From contig CBDFLN010000002.1 in the NCBI GenBank assembly GCA_965249215.1, positions 186,662 to 250,661 on the forward strand: DNA of 64,000 bases, in the 5' to 3' direction. The notes under the pieces were generated by a model. It ran no database searches. It worked only from the letters and a program-made list of their open reading frames with translations, and had not been told where the DNA came from. Shown here in pieces: positions 17,142 through 26,456 of this stretch. The position numbers and the translations under genes are program-made. Within the stretch, counting starts at the first letter, position 1; each line of letters opens with the position of its first letter. Source of the DNA: Dehalococcoidia bacterium (GTDB lineage Bacteria; Chloroflexota; Dehalococcoidia; Lucifugimonadales; UBA3495).

Positions 17142-18122
17142 TCATACCACTAGCACAATCTTCCCGAAGTTGGCGTTGGTCTCCATGTATTCGTGGGCCT
17201 TTCCCGCCTCCGCCAGGGGGAAAGTGCGGTCCACCACCGCCCGAATCCTGCCGTCGGCGATCAACGGCAGCACGTGTCTCATGAACTGGTGGGTCAGCCC
17301 TATCTTCTCCTCCAGGGGACGGGGCCTCAGCACCGTGCCGTGCACCCGGAGCCGCTTGGGCATTAACAGTCCCAGGCTGGTTTCCACCTTGTCTCCGCCC
17401 ATCAACCCCACCAACACGATCCTCCCCTGGGTCGACATGGCGGCGATGTTCCGCTCCCAGTACGGACCGCCCACCAGGTCGCAGACCACGTTGACGCCCT
17501 TCCTGCCCGTCGCCTCCTTCACCACTTGGACAAAGTCCTGCTCCCGGTAGTTGATGCCCTTGTCCAGACCCAACTCCGCCGCCCTGGCAAGCTTCTCCGC
17601 CGATCCCGCCGTCCCGAACACGTAGGCCCCGGCCTGGTGCGCCAGTTGCAGGGCGGCAGTGCCCACGCCGCTGCCCACGGCGTGCACCAGCGCCGACTCC
17701 CCCATCTGCAATTCGCAATGGTTGAACAGGGCATCGTATGCGGTGAAGAATACCTCCGGTATGGCCGCGGCCTGGACGAAGTCCAACTCCGGCGGCATGG
17801 GCATGGCCATCAGGTGGTGCGTCGTTACCCGGCTCGCGTACCCTGCTCCCGCCAGCAGCCCGAACACCCTGTCCCCCGGAGCCATTGCCGTCACCCGTTC
17901 GCCCGCTTCCAGCACCACCCCGGAAAACTCCAGACCGGGCACGTCGGCCCGCACCCCCGGCGGCGGGGCGTAGCCTCCAAGGCGCTGCAGCAGATCGGCC
18001 CGGTTCAGGGCCGATGCCTTTACATCGACAAGGACTTCATCCGGAGAGGGAACCGGGTCGTCGACTTCCCTTACCTGCAGTACCTCCGGGCCTCCCGGCC
18101 CCGTAATCAGCGCCGCTCGCAT
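17142..18122 (-). CDS. NAD(P)H:quinone oxidoreductase (MDR superfamily, PIG3/Qor-like)
   Basis: MRAALITGPGGPEVLQVREV.., ASALNRADL and AVGSGVGTAA nucleotide-binding motifs. AAGGAGG lies upstream of ATG 18122. The ORF-track extension to 18317 is discarded. Confidence 0.8.
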   Translation of the reverse strand: MRAALITGPGGPEVLQVREVDDPVPSPDEVLVDVKASALNRADLLQRLGGYAPPPGVRADVPGLEFSGVVLEAGERVTAMAPGDRVFGLLAGAGYASRVTTHHLMAMPMPPELDFVQAAAIPEVFFTAYDALFNHCELQMGESALVHAVGSGVGTAALQLAHQAGAYVFGTAGSAEKLARAAELGLDKGINYREQDFVQVVKEATGRKGVNVVCDLVGGPYWERNIAAMSTQGRIVLVGLMGGDKVETSLGLLMPKRLRVHGTVLRPRPLEEKIGLTHQFMRHVLPLIADGRIRAVVDRTFPLAEAGKAHEYMETNANFGKIVLVV

Positions 18123-18150
18123 AGGCGGACCTCCTTTCTTGCCAACACCC

Positions 18151-19563
18151 TTAAGGCCGGATAGAATCCGCCTCTTCCGCAGTGATGCCGTCGGTAAACC
18201 AGGACTGGACGACCGTCTGCCGCGCAAGCTCGATATCTTGGTGCGCCAGCTGTGGCAACGATTCAAGGGCTTTCGCCTCTTCCGCAGTGATGCCGTCGGT
18301 AAACCATGATAGCGCAATTACATGCCGGGCAAGCTCAACATCTATCGACGCAAGGTCTCCCGAGTAGTTAATCGCCAACCGTTCATCTTGGATGATGCCG
18401 TCGGCAAACCACGGAAGAGCTGCTGTCTTTGGCCCAAGCTCGGTATCTGCGGCCACGAGGTTTTCCAATCCACGAATAGCCTCCCCTTCCCCATAGGTCA
18501 TGTCGTCGGTAAACCACGGCAGGGCCGCTATCGTTCGTCCAAGCTGAATATCTGCAGTCGCGAGGACTCCTAATCTACGGATAGCCTCCCCTTCCCCATA
18601 GGTGATGCCGTCCGCAAACCACGACATACCAATCGTCTCGTGAGCAAGGTCAACGTCCTTTGACGCCAAATCGGCCAATCGATCGATGGCCCTGGACCCA
18701 TTCTCGGTGATGCCGTTAGTCGCCCACGAGAAATCTACTATGCGCCGCGCCAATTCAACGTCCGCCAGCGCAAGTTTGCCTAAGGCGCCAAAAGGAGGGA
18801 TCTCCGAAACTCCATCTTCCAACCAGAGACGCGTTACGGTCTTGGCAAGTTCGATGTCCGCTGATATTAGACCATGCTCATGCAAATCGGAGATAGCGAT
18901 TGAGGCTTTCGATAAGTGAAATAAACCGCCTATGAACCAAGAAAAGCCGGCGATCATTCTTGCCAGGTCCGCGTCCTTAGTGGCGAGGTTGTCCACTTCA
19001 ATAAGGACCTTGGCTTCCCAGTAGGTCAGTTCATCGGCGAGCCAGGAGACGCTCACCACGTCTTGGGCCAGCCCGCGGTCCGCTAATGCGAGCCCGTACA
19101 GGCTCTCGAGCACGAGCCGTTTGCCGTCAACCGTTACTGAAACGTAGCCAGCTTGGCTCTGGCCTAAGAGCCAAGGCTTTTTGACGATGGCGCTGCAAAG
19201 CTCGGCGTCAAACAGCCAAAGTTTCGTAAGCAAGTCGACGAAGTCGGCGTAGGCTTCGGGTGGGGCTTCCATAGTCCCCGCGTTGCATTCGGTGATGGGT
19301 TCCTGCACCGTTGCCGTGACGGTCGGCACAGGAATAGAAATGCTCACTGACCCAGGCGTAGCTGTAGGGGCTTCAGTGGCCTCCGAAGTTGGCTCGTTGA
19401 CGGTTTCCTGGACGACTGCCGTTGGGGGCGGCGTATCAATAACGGCGACAGTTGGCTCAGGGGTAGAAACGCTCCCTGGCCCCGGCGTAACGGTAGCCAC
19501 CAGGCCACAGCCAACCGCCGTCAAAAGCACCGTCACAGATGTTAGTACTACAAGTAGTCTCAT
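18151..19563 (-). CDS. repeat-containing lipoprotein, function unknown
   Basis: Signal peptide plus lipobox (LLTAVGC). About 10 tandem ~37-aa repeats centred on SWF(T/A)DGIT..E. The last two repeats are near-identical at DNA level (111-bp period, 18170 vs 18268). Lower GC. Confidence 0.6.
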   Translation of the reverse strand: MRLLVVLTSVTVLLTAVGCGLVATVTPGPGSVSTPEPTVAVIDTPPPTAVVQETVNEPTSEATEAPTATPGSVSISIPVPTVTATVQEPITECNAGTMEAPPEAYADFVDLLTKLWLFDAELCSAIVKKPWLLGQSQAGYVSVTVDGKRLVLESLYGLALADRGLAQDVVSVSWLADELTYWEAKVLIEVDNLATKDADLARMIAGFSWFIGGLFHLSKASIAISDLHEHGLISADIELAKTVTRLWLEDGVSEIPPFGALGKLALADVELARRIVDFSWATNGITENGSRAIDRLADLASKDVDLAHETIGMSWFADGITYGEGEAIRRLGVLATADIQLGRTIAALPWFTDDMTYGEGEAIRGLENLVAADTELGPKTAALPWFADGIIQDERLAINYSGDLASIDVELARHVIALSWFTDGITAEEAKALESLPQLAHQDIELARQTVVQSWFTDGITAEEADSIRP

Positions 19564-19800
19564 GATGCACGGAGGAGGAGGCCCGGCAATTATCGGGCAG
19601 AACACTTGCCGTGGCAAATCCGCTGTTTCGTGCCCACAATAGCGAAACGCGGCAAGCAAGCACTGACCATGTATAATGTCTTCCGGGAGCGTTCTCGAAC
19701 GTCGCTGAACCTCTGGTTAGACAACAACCCGCCAAGGAGGAGGACGCTGGTCTGTCCCAAATGGCGGATGACCCTTAACAGAATGGACATGCAGTGACCC

Positions 19801-20562
19801 GTGTACCGCTACTCGGTATGGATTCTCATAGTCTTGGTGCCGTTGGCTTTGGCTTGCGGCAGGATTCTTTTGACACCGGGGCCAACTACCGGTCCGACTG
19901 TTACCTCTGATCCCGGACCTACTTCAACCGCTACACCTGCTCCCACGCGCACGCCGTTGCCTCCTGATACAGCGGCGCCCACCGATGCGCCCCCTACGGT
20001 GGCTCCAATCCCAACCGTGTCGGCGACCCCCGTTCCAACTGGAACCCCCACGCCGACTGCCTCCCCCCCGCCGCCATCCTGGACCTTCGGCAGCTTATCG
20101 TGTTTCGCCCCGTCATGTTCTCAGGCTGAGACCCGTTATCCGTCCACGGTCTTGGCGGACCTCACCGTAGAAGCGACGTTTACCAACCCAAGGTATGCAA
20201 GCCAATTTCAGTACGGGTTTGTGATTCGTGACCGCATCAGAATCTGGGTTGCCAGTGATGGCGACTGGGAGGCCGTCGCCTGGGCAAGGGAAACGCGGAG
20301 TGACTCCCTTAACGTATTCTGGCGGGTGGCCTCTACCGCTGGGGGAAGTTTAGACGTTCCCTTTGACACCAGTCCGAGTGGCAAGAATCATGTTCGTGTA
20401 ACTGCCAAGGGGGAGCGAGTATGCTTGTTTGTCAACGGTGAAGCTGCTGCCTGCGTTGACCTGCCAGAGTTTACTATGGCTGGCGAAGTCAGCATTGCTT
20501 CGCAGTACGGACGCGTTCCCTATAGGGGCTTTAGGGTAGCAGCGTTTCAAGAGGCCGGCTAA
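19801..20562 (+). CDS. lipoprotein with Pro/Thr-rich linker and C-terminal beta-rich domain
   Basis: GTG start, lipobox LALAC, PT-rich linker. The C-terminal domain has a truncated paralogue at 23374-23920. Confidence 0.6.
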   Translation: MYRYSVWILIVLVPLALACGRILLTPGPTTGPTVTSDPGPTSTATPAPTRTPLPPDTAAPTDAPPTVAPIPTVSATPVPTGTPTPTASPPPPSWTFGSLSCFAPSCSQAETRYPSTVLADLTVEATFTNPRYASQFQYGFVIRDRIRIWVASDGDWEAVAWARETRSDSLNVFWRVASTAGGSLDVPFDTSPSGKNHVRVTAKGERVCLFVNGEAAACVDLPEFTMAGEVSIASQYGRVPYRGFRVAAFQEAG

Positions 20563-20646
20563 GCTATCCCGGAATTGTATATAATCCCTAACCACTAATG
20601 ATCGCCGTCCGTTCCCCTGAAACCCCTATACGAGGAGGTCCTGGTC

Positions 20647-21615
20647 ATGGTTGGAAGTTATAGCATCCTGGTGGGCACTACCGGCGCAAGCCTGTTCCGC
20701 AGTCCCGACGGCGGCGAGACCTGGGGACGCCTCGGCCCTCCCTTCCCCGGCGACTCCCAGGTCAGGGCCCTGGCAGTTGACTCCAGCAGGCCCAGCGTGG
20801 TCTACGCCGGCTCCAACTACGGCATCTTCCGCAGCAACGACGCCGGGGCAACTTGGCTGAAGCTGGACTCGCCCATGGACGGGCTGCATATCTGGTCCAT
20901 TGCAGTGGACCCGTCCGATTCCAACACCCTGTTCGCCGGAACCAGCCCGCCCTTCCTGTTTCGGTCCAAGGACGGCGGCGACACCTGGCAGAAGCTCCCC
21001 GCTGACATCGCCCAGGAGTGCGCCATCGGCTTGCCCCGGGTCACCGCCATGGCGGTTGACCCCGTGCACCCTGACACCGTCTATGCCGGAGTCGAGATCG
21101 ACGGGGTCCACCGCAGCCGGGACGGCGGCGACACCTGGGCCAGGTTAAATACCGGTATCACCAACCCCGACATCCACGGTATGGCTTTCAGCTTGGGACA
21201 GCGCGACACAGTTCTGGTAAGCACTCCCGCTGAGATTTTCGCCAGCAGCGACGACGGCGATTCCTTCCAGTCCCTCGCCCTCACCTCATCCTGGGCGCTG
21301 CCCTATTGCCGCTGGATTGCCGTGAAGCCGGACAACCCGCAGGTGGTCTTCGCCGCCAACGGCGACGGCGCCATCGGCAACACCGGGACCATTCAACGCT
21401 CCATCGACGGCGGCAGGACTTGGGAAACCCGGCCCCTGCCCGTCGAGCCCAACTCGCCCCTGTGGAATTTCGCCACCCATCCCGCCGACCCAAACCTGGT
21501 GCTGGCCAGCAGTATCTATGGCGAGCTATACCGCAGTACCGACGGGGGAGATTCCTGGGAGAAGCTGAAGAAAGAGTTTACCGAGGTCCGGGCCCTAGCC
21601 TGGCTGCCCAGCTAG
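20647..21615 (+). CDS. BNR/Asp-box repeat (beta-propeller) protein
   Basis: Six SxDxGx(T/S)W Asp-boxes: SPDGGETW, SNDAGATW, SKDGGDTW, SRDGGDTW, SIDGGRTW, STDGGDSW. Confidence 0.75.
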   Translation: MVGSYSILVGTTGASLFRSPDGGETWGRLGPPFPGDSQVRALAVDSSRPSVVYAGSNYGIFRSNDAGATWLKLDSPMDGLHIWSIAVDPSDSNTLFAGTSPPFLFRSKDGGDTWQKLPADIAQECAIGLPRVTAMAVDPVHPDTVYAGVEIDGVHRSRDGGDTWARLNTGITNPDIHGMAFSLGQRDTVLVSTPAEIFASSDDGDSFQSLALTSSWALPYCRWIAVKPDNPQVVFAANGDGAIGNTGTIQRSIDGGRTWETRPLPVEPNSPLWNFATHPADPNLVLASSIYGELYRSTDGGDSWEKLKKEFTEVRALAWLPS

Positions 21616-21745
21616 GCCGGCTAGGCCAGAATTAGCATACGCCCGCAGCTGCTGTACATCGCCGCCTGCGTCCCTGACCGCACCTCCGCGGCTGTGCCTG
21701 ACTGGGCCGCCGCCGCCCGGCCGGCTTGACACAGGCCCCGTTCCC
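21599..21745. repeat. diverged copy A of the zinc-ribbon gene 3-prime end
   Basis: Aligns with 24126-24270. The minus-strand translation ..CQAGR...SSCGRMLILA* compares with the intact ..CQACRM...SSCGRMLIPA*. Confidence 0.75.
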
Positions 21746-21836
21746 CAAGATATTGGAATGGTCTGATGACATACTCCCTATAAGTATGCAAGAATTTCTG
21801 GGGTAGGTTCGCTAATGCGGCTGATGGAGGAATCAG

Positions 21837-22079
21837 GTGGCAAGACCGGAGAGTAGGAGCAGCCCGTTGTTGTGGATCGGCGGAGCAATTCTCGTCGCAG
21901 CGGCTGTGGTCATCGGCGGTTTCTGGGTGTACGCGATCACGACGGCCGAGGACATGCCGACATTGCTCATGCTCGCGCTCATTGCCATACCGGTCGGGTT
22001 GGCCGTCTTGTTGACCGCGGTCATACGAGACAGAATCATTAACAAGAAGAAAGAGAACTTTCTGGAGGTTGACAATTGA
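21837..22079 (+). CDS. small membrane protein (two predicted TM helices)
   Basis: 80 aa with two hydrophobic stretches. Its stop overlaps the TTG start of the YbjQ gene (TTGA). Confidence 0.5.
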   Translation: MARPESRSSPLLWIGGAILVAAAVVIGGFWVYAITTAEDMPTLLMLALIAIPVGLAVLLTAVIRDRIINKKKENFLEVDN

Positions 22080-22390
22080 TCGTGACAACGACCGACGCCA
22101 TTCCGGGAGCTACGATCGCCGAAACGCTGGGGCTCGTGCGGGGCAGCACCGTGCGCGCCCGTCATATCGGACGGGATATCCTGGCTGGGCTCCGCAATAT
22201 CATCGGCGGCGAGGTCAACGAATACACCAAGCTCTTGGCGGAGGCCCGCGAAGAGTCGCTTCAGCGCATGATCGAGAACGCCGAGGGCATGGGCGCCAAT
22301 GCCATCGTCGGCACGAGGTTCATCACCGCGAGCGTGGCCCAGGGGGCGGCCGAAATCGTTGCTTACGGGACCGCCGTCAAGACGACCTAG
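22076..22390 (+). CDS. YbjQ family (UPF0145) protein
   Basis: MIVTTTDAIPG..IIGGEVNEYTKLLAEAREESLQRM..ANAIVG is characteristic of YbjQ/DUF74. Confidence 0.8.
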   Translation: MIVTTTDAIPGATIAETLGLVRGSTVRARHIGRDILAGLRNIIGGEVNEYTKLLAEAREESLQRMIENAEGMGANAIVGTRFITASVAQGAAEIVAYGTAVKTT

Positions 22391-22398
22391 TTCCCCTG

Positions 22399-22528
22399 CC
22401 CTGGCTGCCCAACCAGCCAGCCTAAGCCGGGATTAGCATACGCCCGCAGCTGCTGCACAGCACCGTCTGCGTCCCTGACCTCACCCGCTGCTGTATCTGG
22501 GTAGGCTGCGCCATCCGGCAGGCCTGGC
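22399..22528. repeat. copy B of the zinc-ribbon gene 3-prime end (130 bp)
   Basis: Near-identical to 24126-24255, with only a few mismatches by eye. Confidence 0.85.
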
Positions 22529-22549
22529 CAACCTTCGCTTGAGGCCACG

Positions 22550-22960
22550 TTATGGGACCTGCGCTAACGCCGACAAGAAGCGGGGTGCGTTGACGATGCT
22601 GGCGCCGAGGTATGTCCCTATGGGCAGCAGATGCCTGCGGTCACCGGTCACCAGGTAGTCGGCGGAAGCGGCCGCCGCGCACTCGAGAATGCGGTTGTCT
22701 GCATGGCTGCCCTCGATGACGTCTGCGAGGCGGGGAGGATCGATGACCAGGGCGGCCTTCTCAACGGCTCTTATCGCCGCGGCCGCACGGTCCTCCGCCC
22801 AGCCTAACTTGCGGCGCAACACTCCGGCCAGCTCCTCAAGTATGAACGGGGACAGCACCAATTGGAATCGTCCCCGCAAGCCCAACTCCAACGCCAAGCG
22901 TTCGTTGCCGGGAAAGTTCAGGCCGGAGACGATTACGTTAGTGTCGAAAACGACCCTCAC
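22550..22960 (-). CDS. PIN-domain toxin (type II TA system)
   Basis: MRVVFDTNVIVSG.. N-terminus and a ..YLVTGD.. acidic motif. 4-nt overlap with the upstream RHH gene. Confidence 0.75.
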   Translation of the reverse strand: MRVVFDTNVIVSGLNFPGNERLALELGLRGRFQLVLSPFILEELAGVLRRKLGWAEDRAAAAIRAVEKAALVIDPPRLADVIEGSHADNRILECAAAASADYLVTGDRRHLLPIGTYLGASIVNAPRFLSALAQVP

Positions 22961-23214
22961 GTATGATGATGCTCGGCATCGGCCCGGTACTCCTCGACAA
23001 GGCGGGCCACGTCCTCTGGGCCGATGCCCTGCCCCCTAGCTCGCTCCTCGCCGTATTGGAGCAGTTGTCGCCACTCGCACTCTTCGATGTAGCGTAGCGC
23101 CGCTTCTCGCAGGAATTCGCTTCTCGACTGGCCCAGCCGCCTCATGGCTTCGTCCACACGGTCCGCCATTTCCTCCGGAAGAGAGAAGGTGATCGTCTTG
23201 GTCGTTCGCGGCAT
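22957..23214 (-). CDS. ribbon-helix-helix (CopG-like) antitoxin
   Basis: TITFSLPEEMADRVDEAMRRLGQSRSEFLREAALRYI is a typical RHH. Confidence 0.75.
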   Translation of the reverse strand: MPRTTKTITFSLPEEMADRVDEAMRRLGQSRSEFLREAALRYIEECEWRQLLQYGEERARGQGIGPEDVARLVEEYRADAEHHHT

Positions 23215-23245
23215 GATTGCCTCGTTGTTACCGGGTCTTACTCAA

Positions 23246-23274
23246 ATTATGGCCGACAAGGGCTACAGTGTCAA
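23246..23274 (-). promoter_or_regulatory. putative promoter of the RHH/PIN operon
   Basis: The minus strand reads TTGACA-N17-CATAAT, about 30 nt upstream of ATG 23214. Confidence 0.4.
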
Positions 23275-23373
23275 CAGGATGTCTGGCCAACTTTAGACTC
23301 GGCAATGACGGAGAAGTTCACATAAGCGTCTCAGGATTCGGCGGGCTGTAGTCCAGAGGACTGCGAGGCCTGA

Positions 23374-24125
23374 CGAGGTTGTAGGTCTGCTAGTGCTGCT
23401 CGGTCCCCAACCCCGCCTTCCCCTCCGCCTCTACTTACCGGCGCCATATCGTGTTTTACCCCATCATGTTCCCAGGCTGAGGACCGCTATCCGTCCACAG
23501 TCTTGGCGAACCTCGCCGCTGAAGCCACGTTTACCAACCCAACTGATACAAGCCAGTTTGAGTACGGGTTTGTAATCCGTGAATGCGACGGGATTGACCG
23601 CATCGCAATTTTCGTTGCCAGTGACGGCGACTGGGAGGTCGTCGTCTGGGCGCGGACTGAATACCGTAATGGAAGCACTGTATACGAGGCCGCCTCTCAA
23701 GATTGGGGGAGTTTGGACGTTCCGCTTGATACCAGCGACCGGGGTGAGAATCATGTTCGAATTACTGCCATGGGGGAGCGAGTGTGCTTGTTTGTCAACG
23801 GTGAGGATGCTGCCTGCGTTGACCTGCCAGACTTTACTATGGCTGGCGAAGTCAGCATCTCTTCCGGGTACGGAAGCGTTTCCTATAGGGGCTTCAAGGT
23901 AACGGCGCTTGAAGAGGCCGACCAGGTGTTCCCGGAATTCTATATATCCCTTGCCGCTAGCGACAACCGGCCGTCCCCCCTGAAACCCTGCGAGGAGGCC
24001 CTGGTGACGACCGGAGCGTATGGCATCCCGGTGGGAACCACCGGCGCGAGCCTGTTCCGCAGTGCCGATGGGGGGATTCCTGGGAGAAGCTGAAGAAAGA
24101 GTTTACAGAGGTTCCGGGCCTCTGG
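23374..24125 (+). pseudogene. degenerate duplicate: 5-prime-truncated lipoprotein paralogue fused to a BNR gene with internal deletion
   Basis: Collinear with 20040-21615. It lacks the signal peptide, the lipoprotein stop is lost, the BNR ATG is changed to ACG, and the first and last Asp-boxes are joined (FRSADGG|DSWEKLKKEF). Confidence 0.75.
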
Positions 24126-24148
24126 CCTGGCTGCCCAACTAGGCCGGC

Positions 24149-24850
24149 CTAAGCCGGGATTAGCATACGCCCGCAGCTGCTGCACAGCACAGTCTGCGTC
24201 CCTGACCTCACCCGCTGCTGTATCTGGGTAGGCTGCGCCATCCGGCAGGCCTGGCACAGACCCCGTTCCACTTTCGCCACCGCCAACCCGCGCTTCGCCC
24301 GACGCAGGCCTTCGTAGCGCTGTACTGCCGAGGCATCCAGCGCGGCCACCAGGCCCTTTCGCCTTGCCGACGCCTCTTGTATCTCTGAGTTGCACCTTTT
24401 CGCCTCGGCCTGCAACTCCGCTTTCCGCGCCTTCCACGTTGCCAGACCGTCCGAAAGTTCCTGGGCCAGCGAGTCCACCCGCTGCTGCGACTCTTCCGCC
24501 TGCACCGACAGCTCCAACAGCTCCGAGTCCTGTTGCTCCAGCGACTGCCGGACGTTCTCAACCTCTTGCTGCAGGCTTTTCAGGTCCCTGGCGTTCGTGA
24601 CCTCGCCGCCGTACAGCTGCTGCTCCAGCCGGGTCGAACGCTCCCGCAGGGTTTCCACCTCCAACTGCCGCACCTTGTGTTCGCCCTGCACCTGGGGCAG
24701 CCGCTCCCTTTCTTCCTCTAACGACGTCTCCACCTGCCCCATCAACGGCCCGGAACTCAACTCCGCCTCTACCTTAGCCCGGGCCTTATGAATCCGGTCC
24801 AAGGCCAGGTCCATCTCCTGAAGCAAGTACAGTTGTTTTACCGTGGTCAT
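24149..24850 (-). CDS. coiled-coil protein with C-terminal C4 zinc ribbon (COG1579/DUF164-like)
   Basis: Long heptad-rich region, then CQACRM..(17)..CSSCGRML. Confidence 0.7.
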   Translation of the reverse strand: MTTVKQLYLLQEMDLALDRIHKARAKVEAELSSGPLMGQVETSLEEERERLPQVQGEHKVRQLEVETLRERSTRLEQQLYGGEVTNARDLKSLQQEVENVRQSLEQQDSELLELSVQAEESQQRVDSLAQELSDGLATWKARKAELQAEAKRCNSEIQEASARRKGLVAALDASAVQRYEGLRRAKRGLAVAKVERGLCQACRMAQPTQIQQRVRSGTQTVLCSSCGRMLIPA

Positions 24851-25096
24851 AAATCGACGCTCGCAACTCCCCTGTTTGGGCTTGGGCTTCCACCGCCGCC
24901 GCTCCCTTCCCCATCCTTATTCTACACTAAGGTCTGATTCTAGAAAGATGCACCTGCCTTGTCAACGCCACCGCACCCGGCGCCAGGCCACCCGCCTCTT
25001 CCGCATTTCCCCCGCCGTTGCCGCCTGCCTTCCCGGTTGGCGTTGCTCTGATGTATATTGGAGGGCCAGCAGGATCCCGCCTAACGGAGCCCGCTC

Positions 25097-26332
25097 GTGC
25101 GCATACTGCACTTTTCCGACCTGCACATTGGCGTCGAAAATTATGGCCGCACCGACCCTGAGACCGGTCTGTCCACCAGGCTGGGAGACTTCCTGGCCTC
25201 CCTCGACCAGGTGGTCGAGTTCGCCCTGGCGGAAAACGTGGACCTGGTGCTCCTCGCCGGCGATGCCTACAAGGGCCGGGACCCATCCCAGACCCAGCAG
25301 CGGGAATTCGCCAAGCGGTTGGCCCGCCTGTCCGAGGCCAACATCCCAACCTTCCTCCTGGTGGGCAACCACGATCTACCCAACGCCGTGGGCCGGGCCA
25401 CCGCCGTTGAAATCTTCCACACCCTGCGGGTGCCCAACGTCCACGTGGGCTCGTCCCTGCAGAACTACACCATTGCCACCCGGTCCGGGCCCCTGCAGAT
25501 ACTGGCTGTGCCCTGGCCCCGCCGCAGCGGCATGTTGAGCCGGGAGGACTCCCGCGGCAAGTCCATAGATGAAGTCCGCGAAGAAGTGGAAAGGCGGATG
25601 ACCTCCGCCATCTATTCCCGTGCCCAGGAGTTGGACCCACAAATGCCCGCCGTCATCGCCGCCCACCTCACCGTCAACGGCGCCACCGTGGGCACCGAAA
25701 GGTCCATGATGCTCGGCCAGGACCACGTGTTGATGGCCGGCGACCTGGTACGCCCCCAGGTCGACTACGTAGCTCTGGGCCACATCCACAAACACCAGGT
25801 GCTGCGCACGGAAGCCCCCATGATGGCCTATTCCGGTAGCCTCCAACGGGTGGACTTCAGCGAAGAGGGCGACGAGAAAGGCTTTTGTGTCGTCGACCTC
25901 GACCCTGCCGCACCACAGGGCCGGCGCTTGACCGGGTTCGACTTTCGTGCCTTGGAAGCCCGCCCCTTCGTCACCATCGAAACGACGTTGGTTTCCGGGG
26001 ACCCCGATCCCACCCGGTCGGTCCTGCGCGCCATCGCCAGAAAGGATGTTGCCAACGCAGTGGTGCGAGTGCGCGTAACCCTACCACCCGATTTGGAGCC
26101 GCACCTTCGGGAGGCCGACGTCCGCGAGGCCCTGGCCCCCGCCCACTACATCGCCTCCATCAACTTGGAATCTTCCGAGGAGACCCGCCGCACCCGCCTG
26201 GCAGCCGGTGAGGCCGAGGGCCTGCAACCCATGCAGGCCCTGCGCTTGTATCTGGACAGCAGGGACATCGACCCCAACCGGCGGGAGCGCATGATCCAGC
26301 TTGCCCAGGAGATCGTCGAGGAGGACGACTAG
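25097..26332 (+). CDS. sbcD: exonuclease SbcD / Mre11-family nuclease
   Basis: MRILHFSDLHIG, LLAGDAYK and LVGNHD metallophosphoesterase motifs. GTG start. Confidence 0.85.
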   Translation: MRILHFSDLHIGVENYGRTDPETGLSTRLGDFLASLDQVVEFALAENVDLVLLAGDAYKGRDPSQTQQREFAKRLARLSEANIPTFLLVGNHDLPNAVGRATAVEIFHTLRVPNVHVGSSLQNYTIATRSGPLQILAVPWPRRSGMLSREDSRGKSIDEVREEVERRMTSAIYSRAQELDPQMPAVIAAHLTVNGATVGTERSMMLGQDHVLMAGDLVRPQVDYVALGHIHKHQVLRTEAPMMAYSGSLQRVDFSEEGDEKGFCVVDLDPAAPQGRRLTGFDFRALEARPFVTIETTLVSGDPDPTRSVLRAIARKDVANAVVRVRVTLPPDLEPHLREADVREALAPAHYIASINLESSEETRRTRLAAGEAEGLQPMQALRLYLDSRDIDPNRRERMIQLAQEIVEEDD

Positions 26333-26456
26333 GCCCGGCCGCCCATCGCCTCCCGCGGGTTGACCCCTTTTACCCCAAGCGATACCCTGTCTGTGCTTCG
26401 CTCCCCGATGGGAGTGAGCCGTCCCCCGGGACTTTAGCCGGAGCCAGAGGATAAAC

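Noticed and set aside
21621-22088. 155-aa minus-strand ORF
   Set aside because: It is a chimera of the duplicated zinc-ribbon gene tail (copy A) and the antisense of the small membrane protein gene. The plus-strand gene has TM helices and is translationally coupled to ybjQ.
20090-23920. Template/variable repeat pair of a diversity-generating retroelement (two copies of the lipoprotein C-terminal domain)
   Set aside because: Differences between the copies are not restricted to adenine positions. No reverse transcriptase is present, and the second copy is a truncated pseudogene.
25097-26332. sbcD without an adjacent sbcC, and ruvC-ruvA (45674-46780) without ruvB, as anomalies
   Set aside because: Partner genes are frequently encoded elsewhere. 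Absence from a 64-kb window shows nothing.
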